DNA from: Methylomicrobium sp.
GTDB lineage: Bacteria; Pseudomonadota; Gammaproteobacteria; Methylococcales; Methylomonadaceae
Reading direction: 5' to 3'
DNA length: 32,000 nucleotides
Assembly: GCA_051061015.1 (NCBI GenBank)
Contig: JBPFEG010000056.1
Location: 70,335-102,334, forward strand
Positions 25,825-32,000 of the stretch are shown here, piece by piece. Under the pieces are notes generated by a model that had not been told where the DNA came from, did not search any database, and saw only the letters and a program-made list of their open reading frames with translations. Position numbers and translations under genes: made by a program. Position 1 is the stretch's first letter. Each line of letters begins with the position of its first letter.

Positions 25825-26294
25825 TGAGTGCGCTAACAAAAATCAGGCAAGCCGGTTTTTCGATTGATCTGGTGGGTGACTCTTTCGCTATCAGTCCTGC
25901 GAGTGCATTGACACCCAATCAGCGAGAATTTTTGAGAGCGCATAAAGCTCAAATCATTCAGGAACTGTCTGCCTATAATGCGAGAATCATCACTCCCCCG
26001 CCAACTGTCGATGATGATCGCCATTATTGCCGTGAATGTCTTCATTTCATGAATGGCTTTTGTGCTCAACAGCGGATTAGGCTAGTCGACGATATCCCAA
26101 GGCGTTGCGAGAACTTTGCCGGCTTGCCGGAGGCAGAGTCCCGCTATTTCAGATTTCTGATAACGCGGCCGGACGGATCACAGTTTGAGTCCTATTCAGT
26201 ACCCTTTAGAACGATTACTGAATCCCGCATCGAATACCCTGATGCCCTCACTTTAGAGCCAGACAAGAATGATTTTTATGCAGATGACTCATAA
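25824..26294 (+). CDS. Cys-rich hypothetical protein (paralog of 5171-5668) with TubC_N-like N-terminal motif
   Basis: 156 aa, GTG start with GGAGG 8 nt upstream. IRQAGFSIDLVGDSFAISPASALTPNQREFLRAHKAQIIQEL resembles TubC_N-type docking domains. The Cys-rich core aligns with the island-1 protein. Confidence 0.75.
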   Translation: MSALTKIRQAGFSIDLVGDSFAISPASALTPNQREFLRAHKAQIIQELSAYNARIITPPPTVDDDRHYCRECLHFMNGFCAQQRIRLVDDIPRRCENFAGLPEAESRYFRFLITRPDGSQFESYSVPFRTITESRIEYPDALTLEPDKNDFYADDS

Positions 26295-26382
26295 TCTCTA
26301 GATACAACAAATTATTGGCTCTAGCCGATAAAACAAGAGCTGCTATAAAAACTGGCAGCCCTCACGCTTCAATTAAAAAGAA

Positions 26383-26553
26383 ATGATTATGGCTGAAGAT
26401 ATTAAAGCAACCGCAACGATAATTCCGTTTCCTAACCAAACAAGAGAATCAGAATCCATAGAAAAAATTCAAGATGCCTTGCTTGAATTGGAGGATAGTG
26501 AACTGGATGAAGTCTACTTTTGGCTCAAAAATATGGGTATTGAAGCGGAGTAG
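26383..26553 (+). CDS. possible small acidic ORF (56 aa)
   Basis: Below the track cutoff. Manual reading MIMAEDIKATATIIPFPNQTRESESIEKIQDALLELEDSELDEVYFWLKNMGIEAE*. No clear RBS. Confidence 0.3.
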   Translation: MIMAEDIKATATIIPFPNQTRESESIEKIQDALLELEDSELDEVYFWLKNMGIEAE

Positions 26554-26604
26554 CAAAAGAACTTACAACAGACAATAGCTTTGCCATTCATTTATCCCAA
26601 ACCT

Positions 26605-27321
26605 TCAATAGTCCCAGACTTCATGCCGAACTGGTAACTGATTCAGTTGTTCCCGGTACCTCTGCCAGTTCGGCATAAAGCGATCCATCAGTGCGACGAA
26701 GCGCGCATTGTGCGTTGGCTCTAGCAGGTGTGCTAATTCATGCACGACGATATATTCGAGGCATTCGGGCGGCTTTTTGGCTAATTCGGTATTGAGGCGG
26801 ACGCTGCGATTGATCGGGTTGCAGCTGCCCCACTTCGTCTTCATGCGCTGCACGAAAAACGCCCCCACTTTGACGCCGATCAGCGGCTCCCAGCGGGCAA
26901 TTAAATCGGCGGCGGCCGCCTTGAGTTGTTCGCGGTACCAGCCTTCCACCATCGCCTGCTTTTTTTCTTCATCGGTTCCCGGTCGGACTCGCAACACCAG
27001 TGCGTTGTGCTTTAGTTCGATTCCCGGTGCGGCGTTGCCTTCCACGACTTTCAGCAGATAGTGTTTCCCCCACACGTAGTGGCTTTCGCGGTCCAGATAT
27101 TCGCGCGGAGTCTCGCGGTCCTGGCCGCGCAGTTTATCTTGTTGCTGCTTAATCCAGCCCAGTTTAGAAATGGCGAAGACACGGACAGTATCGAGGTTCA
27201 TGCGGGTCGGCGCCGAGATGCGGACCTTGCCGTCGGGCGGATAGACGCTGAGATGGATGTTTTTAATGTCCTTGAACACGACGTCCACCGTGAGGTTGCC
27301 CAAGTTGATTTGGGTGGCCAT
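26605..27321 (-). CDS. YgjP/DUF45-type zinc metallopeptidase (often annotated as M48-family), coupled to hsdR
   Basis: 238 aa. KWGSCNP...I.LN..L...P...LEYIVVHELAHLLEPTHNARF has HExxH in the DUF45 context. Its start shares one nt with the hsdR stop (TGATG). Confidence 0.85.
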   Translation of the reverse strand: MATQINLGNLTVDVVFKDIKNIHLSVYPPDGKVRISAPTRMNLDTVRVFAISKLGWIKQQQDKLRGQDRETPREYLDRESHYVWGKHYLLKVVEGNAAPGIELKHNALVLRVRPGTDEEKKQAMVEGWYREQLKAAAADLIARWEPLIGVKVGAFFVQRMKTKWGSCNPINRSVRLNTELAKKPPECLEYIVVHELAHLLEPTHNARFVALMDRFMPNWQRYREQLNQLPVRHEVWDY

Positions 27322-30300
27322 CAGTACTCAAGTTGGGCTTTGACAATCAGGAAAATACGCTCGACTTCGGCGATATCCTGTAAAACGCCATACAACGCGG
27401 CCTTGATAATTTGCTCGCGCGCCTGGACGCCACGCCAACCATCGGGACGGACCTGTTTAATGGTTTCGTCAATCTTTAGGGTTAGCGCCTCATTTTGGTC
27501 CAGGTTATTGTACAGCGCGCGTTTTCCCGGGGTATCCAGTTGCTCGGGGGTATCCTCGCTTTTACTCGCTTCAACTTTCTTCGCGACTTCGGCAATCCGC
27601 TTCAAGTACTCTTCATACTCAATCGCTTTGGCTTTGCGTGCCGCGATGATTTCGTCGAGCAGTGCCGACATCTTTTCGAAAAACGCCGGGTCGTTCAGAT
27701 GCTCCTTGATGATCTTGCGGCGGACGTTGTTCTCGATGGTTTCGGCGATCGCATTCTTATTGCCCTTGAGCCCGCCTAATTGCTTATTGATTGCTTCGGC
27801 AATGCCGGTTTTCACGATCAACTCCAGCAACGGCAGGTCGTCGAACGGCGAAATCTTGCGCGGCTCGTCGGCCTGGATATAGGTATCGATCAGATGCCGC
27901 ATGTCAGCTTCGTAGGCTTTCAGATCGAGGGTTTCACCGCTGGCCTTGCGGATGATTTCGCGGATGGCTAAATAATGTTCGAGCTTCTGCTTGATGCGGC
28001 CGATCTCAGTGTTACTGTAACCGGCAGGCGCCATCTCATCGGCGATCGTCGCGTAAGCGCGGACCAGGGCTGCCGTCGCCTTATAGAGCGCGGTGCGTTG
28101 CGGCTCCCGTTCTTCCAGATCGGAAGGCATTTCGGTATTGCCGCAAAAATAATGGATATGTTCCAGCTCGCCTTTCGGTGGCTTCACCGGTTCGCACAGC
28201 AGCGCGATGGCTTCCAATGCCTGGTCGAGCCGCTCCTTGCCCTTCTGCAAACGGTCATGCAACAACACATCCGGATCGGCGCCGCCGGCGCTGCGGTCCA
28301 GTTCCGAGGTGTACACCGAAATGGCGTTTTCGACTTTTTTAAATAAGTCCTTATAGTCGACGATGTAACCGAAATCCTTGTCCTCCCCGTCCAGTCGGTT
28401 GGTGCGGCAGATGGCCTGGAACAGCCCGTGGTCCTGCATTGATTTGTCGATATAAAGGTAGGTGCAGGGCGGCGCATCGAATCCGGTCAGCAGCTTATCC
28501 ACCACAACCAGCAGCTTCATATTGGCCGGCTCCTTCGTGAACAAGGCTTTCGCCTGTTCCTCATAGGTTTCGGTTTTCGTCATCCCCGGTTTCGCGGTGA
28601 TGTCTTTCAGCAGGTCGGTGTAGGTGTTGTAGATGAACTGCTTATCGGTGTCGGTATTCGCGCCTGTTTCTTCCTTGGTCACATCCTGCGCCTGCGGATT
28701 ATAGGATGTGATTAAGGCGCACTTGCCCTTGAATAACGTTTTCTGAAAGAGCGTTAAATATTTGCAGGCTTCATAGATGCTGGAGGCGACCAGAATCGCA
28801 TTGCCGCGCGCGCTGGATAGGCGCGGTTTGACGCTGAAATCGAAGATGATGTCTTCCACCACCCGCTCCATGCGCGAGCGCGAACTGAGCACCTTCTGCA
28901 TCGTGCCCCATTGCTTTTTCAGCTCGTCCTTCTGCCAGTCATTCAAGCCCTTGGTCTTGGCTTCGAACCAGGCATCGATCTTGTCCACCGAGCCGAGCTT
29001 TTGATCGATGTCGCGTGCCTCATAAACCAGATCCAGTACCACGCCATCCTCGACCGCCTCGCCGAATTTATAGGTATGGATGTAGCCACCAAAGACTTCC
29101 AAACTGGTCGCCTTGTCTTTCTTCAATAACGGCGTGCCGGTGAAACCGATGAACACCGCATTCGGCAGCATCGCCTTCATCACCCGGTGCAGCTTGCCGC
29201 TTTGGGTGCGGTGACACTCGTCCACGAACACAAAAACTTCGCCGACTGCCGGGCTGGGCTGTGATTCCAGTTCTTTAATGAAGGCGTCGAAATCGTCCAC
29301 ATCCTTCCTGCCGAACTTATGGACCAGCGAACATAACAGCCGAGGCGTCGCCTGGCCGAGCTGACTCATCAAGTCGCGGCCGCTCTGGGTGCGTTTGATC
29401 GCTTCGCCCGCTTCGTTGAAGACGCGCTCGATCTGTTTATCCAATTCGTCGCGGTCGGTAATGAGCGCGACCCGGGCATGCGGGTTATTTTCCAGGATCC
29501 ACTTGGCCAACAACACCATCACGATGCTCTTGCCGCTGCCTTGGGTATGCCAAATAATGCCTCCCTGACGCCGACGTACATAGTCCTGCGCCGCCTTAAT
29601 CCCGAAATACTGATGCACGCGCGGCAGCTTCTTGACGCCGCTATCGAACAGCACAAAGTCGTGCATCAGTTCGATAAGGCGGCGTTTCTCGCACAGCTTG
29701 AGTAGATATTTGTCCAGTTTATAGCGGCTGTTGTCCTCTTCGTCCTCTTTCCACTTTAGGAAATATTTCTCTGGCGTACCGATGGTGCCGTATTGCAAGC
29801 CTTCCGAATCGTTACCGGCGAAAACGAACTGCACCGTGCTGAAAAAACCCGCATTGAATTCCGGCTGCTGGTTGGAAAGGTTTTGCCGGATGCCGTCGCC
29901 GATTGAAACCCGGCTATTCTTGAGTTCCAGCAGGCCGACCGCAATGCCGTTCACATACAGGACGATATCCGGCCGTCGTTCGTGATTGCCCTTGAGCGTG
30001 ACTTCCTCGGCAATCGCGAAGTCGTTTTTGTCCGGTTCTGTCCAGTTGATCAGGTGGACGGTTTCAGTGGCCTTACCCGCTTCGGTTTTGACCGGGACCC
30101 CGTAGCGGAGCAGTTTATAAACGGCTTGATTATTGTGGTACAGGTTACGGCTGTGATTGTCAGCTTCGGCACGCAGCTTGTGCAGTGCGCTGCCGATTTG
30201 CGCTGGGCTGTAGCCGCTTTTGTCCAGGTAGGCGGAGAGCAAGCATTCCTCGATGGGGCTGTTGCCGTTGCGATCGGTCCAATCGCCGAGATAGCGGTAA

Positions 30301-30371
30301 TCGAGTTCCTCTCGAAACAAGGTAATCACGCGATTCTGCGTCGCGCGTTCGGGTTTGCCTATGTCGCTCAT
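27321..30371 (-). CDS. hsdR: type I restriction endonuclease subunit R
   Basis: N-terminus ERATQNRVITLF...LGDW is HsdR_N-like. Nuclease region RPDIVLYVNGIAVGLLELK. Helicase motifs IIWHTQGSGKSIVM and VFVDECHRTQ. ATG 30371 forms an ATGA overlap with orf181 (track start 30404). Confidence 0.95.
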   Translation of the reverse strand: MSDIGKPERATQNRVITLFREELDYRYLGDWTDRNGNSPIEECLLSAYLDKSGYSPAQIGSALHKLRAEADNHSRNLYHNNQAVYKLLRYGVPVKTEAGKATETVHLINWTEPDKNDFAIAEEVTLKGNHERRPDIVLYVNGIAVGLLELKNSRVSIGDGIRQNLSNQQPEFNAGFFSTVQFVFAGNDSEGLQYGTIGTPEKYFLKWKEDEEDNSRYKLDKYLLKLCEKRRLIELMHDFVLFDSGVKKLPRVHQYFGIKAAQDYVRRRQGGIIWHTQGSGKSIVMVLLAKWILENNPHARVALITDRDELDKQIERVFNEAGEAIKRTQSGRDLMSQLGQATPRLLCSLVHKFGRKDVDDFDAFIKELESQPSPAVGEVFVFVDECHRTQSGKLHRVMKAMLPNAVFIGFTGTPLLKKDKATSLEVFGGYIHTYKFGEAVEDGVVLDLVYEARDIDQKLGSVDKIDAWFEAKTKGLNDWQKDELKKQWGTMQKVLSSRSRMERVVEDIIFDFSVKPRLSSARGNAILVASSIYEACKYLTLFQKTLFKGKCALITSYNPQAQDVTKEETGANTDTDKQFIYNTYTDLLKDITAKPGMTKTETYEEQAKALFTKEPANMKLLVVVDKLLTGFDAPPCTYLYIDKSMQDHGLFQAICRTNRLDGEDKDFGYIVDYKDLFKKVENAISVYTSELDRSAGGADPDVLLHDRLQKGKERLDQALEAIALLCEPVKPPKGELEHIHYFCGNTEMPSDLEEREPQRTALYKATAALVRAYATIADEMAPAGYSNTEIGRIKQKLEHYLAIREIIRKASGETLDLKAYEADMRHLIDTYIQADEPRKISPFDDLPLLELIVKTGIAEAINKQLGGLKGNKNAIAETIENNVRRKIIKEHLNDPAFFEKMSALLDEIIAARKAKAIEYEEYLKRIAEVAKKVEASKSEDTPEQLDTPGKRALYNNLDQNEALTLKIDETIKQVRPDGWRGVQAREQIIKAALYGVLQDIAEVERIFLIVKAQLEY

Positions 30372-30913
30372 TGATATCCCTCCCAGTATTTTTCGATCGC
30401 CCATAGTGGAGCATCGGCTGGCAAGACATGCCTAACGAGCTCTATTACAGCTTGGTAGGTTTTCGCGTCATATTTGGACCAGCGGATTTTATCGAAAGCT
30501 TGCCATTTGCTTTTGCACTTCCCTATATCTTCCTGTGCTAATTTTTGTAGTAATTGGCTATCAATCGGAGGATGTAGACATATAACTCGTCGATCTGTAC
30601 TACAGCCACCACAGACGAAACGGCTTTTAAGGTAGCAGTTGATAAGTTTTGCTGCTACGCCATGCGTAAAACTTTTACCTTGCTCTTCGGCAGCTTTAAT
30701 TATTTTAATCCGCCATTGCTCGTGGATTTGGTCAATGAGCTCCGGTTCCGGCAATTGCTCAATCGTAAAAGAAGCATTAAAACCACCCTTCTCAAGAATC
30801 TTTACACCAACTTCCACATCAAAGCGACACAATGGACTTGATCTTGCAGCAGTTGATGCCGCCCATGCGGAGAAGCGATGACTGTGTTCTTCAATTGAGT
30901 AAATGGATGTCAT
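30368..30913 (-). CDS. hypothetical 181-aa protein embedded between hsdS and hsdR
   Basis: ATGA overlaps at both ends (30910-30913 and 30368-30371). Sequence HRFSAWAASTAA..., FTHGVAAKLINCYLKSRFVCGGC...ICLHPPID. No family recognised. Confidence 0.7.
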   Translation of the reverse strand: MTSIYSIEEHSHRFSAWAASTAARSSPLCRFDVEVGVKILEKGGFNASFTIEQLPEPELIDQIHEQWRIKIIKAAEEQGKSFTHGVAAKLINCYLKSRFVCGGCSTDRRVICLHPPIDSQLLQKLAQEDIGKCKSKWQAFDKIRWSKYDAKTYQAVIELVRHVLPADAPLWAIEKYWEGYQ

Positions 30914-32000
30914 ATTAAGCGTATCCTTCCGGTTAAGAGTTCCTGCATCATGCCTTGCTTGATGTGTCGGGCTTTGGCGAGTTTGGCTTCGAGTGCGGAG
31001 ATATCGGCGTCCATATCATCAAGGATTTCAGCGATAGCGGTTTGTTCGGGAAGCGGAGGAATTGGAATCGTGAAATCTTTAAGCCAGCGGAATTCTATGC
31101 TCTCCACGGTCGTTCCAGATTTGAGGCACCGAGAGAGAATTCGATCTCCGTTGTAATTAAGCGAATGCAGCAAATAGTCAGGCTGAACATTGCCATTAGG
31201 CAAAAGCGCCTTAATATCCTGATTTATTGCCATAGGAATTATATTCATTGCAACAGGGAGATATCTTCGGAGGATGCCACTTCGAGTGACTACAATAATA
31301 GATTTTGCCGGAACAAGTGTTGTAGTCCCTTCCTTAATTGCGTATTCTGAAATGGCGAGCGCGGTGGTAGTAAGCCTGACAGATTTGACATCTCCGGAAG
31401 AAAGCCAAGGTACCGTTCCCGATTGCCAATAAGCCGGATTTCCCATCGACGGCGTCATGCCGCCAGTCCATCGACCAAGTTCATCAAGTCGCTTCACCTT
31501 CCACTTCTCACAAAAACCCATTAAACGCCTTTTGCCGGTGAGCAATTCCCGCATCGTGCCTTGTTTGATCTGGCGCTTTTTGGCGATGAGTTGCTCCAGG
31601 GATTCGATCAGCGCATCTGCATCGCTCAATACCTCAGCAATGGCTTCTTGTTCGGCTTTGGTAGGCGGAAGTGGAATACGATATTGGCGTAGGCTTCCTA
31701 CTAATACATTTGGCTGGCTTGAGCTTGCATTAAATCGAGAAACTTCCATTTCCCCAAGGGAGCTCATGAGGAAGTTTGCCAAATATTTCGAACAAATTGC
31801 TGCAGAATTTGGAGTTATACGTGCAATGTTCTGTTGAATGTGATATTTGTTGTCTTCATTGATTACCACTGCATTTCCAATCGATCCTACGCAGGGATAA
31901 ATTACATCACCTTTGCAAAGACGGGAGCGTTTGAGCTTAAGGGAAAGTTCGTTTGAAATCCGCACAAAGTCCTTTTCGATTATCCTACCTCTTCCAATAT
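30910..32000 (-). CDS. hsdS: type I R-M specificity subunit, N-terminus beyond the window
   Basis: Two TRD/conserved-helix units: LPPTKAEQEAIAEVLSDADALIESLEQLIAKKRQIKQGTMRELLTGKRRL and IPPLPEQTAIAEILDDMDADISALEAKLAKARHIKQGMMQELLTGRIRLI. The frame stays open upstream of the track start (GRGRIIEKDFVRISNE...) to position 32000. Confidence 0.92.
   Translation of the reverse strand, partial: IGRGRIIEKDFVRISNELSLKLKRSRLCKGDVIYPCVGSIGNAVVINEDNKYHIQQNIARITPNSAAICSKYLANFLMSSLGEMEVSRFNASSSQPNVLVGSLRQYRIPLPPTKAEQEAIAEVLSDADALIESLEQLIAKKRQIKQGTMRELLTGKRRLMGFCEKWKVKRLDELGRWTGGMTPSMGNPAYWQSGTVPWLSSGDVKSVRLTTTALAISEYAIKEGTTTLVPAKSIIVVTRSGILRRYLPVAMNIIPMAINQDIKALLPNGNVQPDYLLHSLNYNGDRILSRCLKSGTTVESIEFRWLKDFTIPIPPLPEQTAIAEILDDMDADISALEAKLAKARHIKQGMMQELLTGRIRLI

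Larger units (their letters stand above)
12393..32000 (+). mobile_element. integrative island 2 (satellite/PICI-like backbone with defence cargo), right end outside the window
   Basis: tRNA fragment + integrase at the left end. An excisionase-like HTH, an SF3/D5_N helicase and a Cys-rich paralog of island 1 lie at 23.2-26.3 kb. IS and pseudogene scars and sharp GC shifts separate the cargo modules. No second copy of the tRNA fragment is seen inside the window. Confidence 0.5.

Noticed and set aside
27061-30374. Multiple long plus-strand ORFs (273, 123, 130 aa and others) inside hsdR
   Set aside because: They are typical stop-poor antisense frames of a GC-rich gene. HsdR on the minus strand is unambiguous.
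30955-31837. Plus-strand ORFs within hsdS, and the internal repeat of the HsdS conserved helices
   Set aside because: The antisense ORFs have no support. The duplicated ...EQ.AIAE.L...D..I..LE..L.K....KQG.M.ELLTG... segments are the normal two-TRD architecture of HsdS, not an anomaly.
1-32000. Search for CRISPR arrays, rRNA, and additional complete tRNAs or a tmRNA
   Set aside because: I found no regularly spaced direct-repeat array and no rRNA-like segment. The only tRNA-like sequences are the complete tRNA-Leu and the truncated Thr-like fragment. The ggaggtggcgacc at about 9135 only superficially resembles a tRNA/tmRNA 3' end.

Overview
Mosaic accessory region of a proteobacterial-looking chromosome, dominated by two tRNA-associated, P4/satellite-like integrative islands. 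I could run no database search; all product calls rest on motifs read by eye.

(1) 1-600: the 5' end of a DUF3047-like secreted protein gene (minus strand, runs off the window), followed by an intact tRNA-Leu(UAA) at 601-687.

(2) Island 1 (about 675-8012) starts in the tRNA 3' end.
- Gene order: P4-type integrase, an AT-rich orphan ORF, AlpA, a CHC2 zinc-finger primase-like protein, a DUF3987/YfjI-like protein, a Cys-rich protein, a DUF5681 protein, three tandem mini-paralogs, and a secreted protein/lipoprotein pair.
- CAGTAAC arm-type repeats sit at both ends. A degenerate copy of the tRNA 3' end plus a terminator lies at 8001-8054.

(3) 8.1-12.4 kb: a frameshifted exonuclease-BRCT gene, a holin-family membrane protein, a glycine-zipper lipoprotein and a glycerophosphodiester phosphodiesterase. 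These are followed by an IS3 remnant, an integrase remnant and a 48-nt tRNA-Thr-like 3' fragment.

(4) Island 2 (12393 to beyond 32000) carries a second DUF4102-type integrase and defence-type cargo.
- Cargo, in order: an IS982-like remnant, a GC-rich Septu-like PtuA/PtuB pair, an AT-rich uncharacterised two-gene operon, and a umuC remnant.
- Next comes an excisionase/SF3-helicase replication module.
- Last is a type I R-M operon: hsdS, an embedded orf181, hsdR and a DUF45 peptidase. hsdM is presumably beyond the window.

The best candidate for an undescribed system is the two-gene operon at 17912-22276. Its 1142-aa protein has a catalytically degenerate SIR2-like domain, a P-loop NTPase, helical repeats and a CSD-like tail. 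Its 309-aa partner carries an Rx4H motif. No CRISPR array or rRNA is seen.
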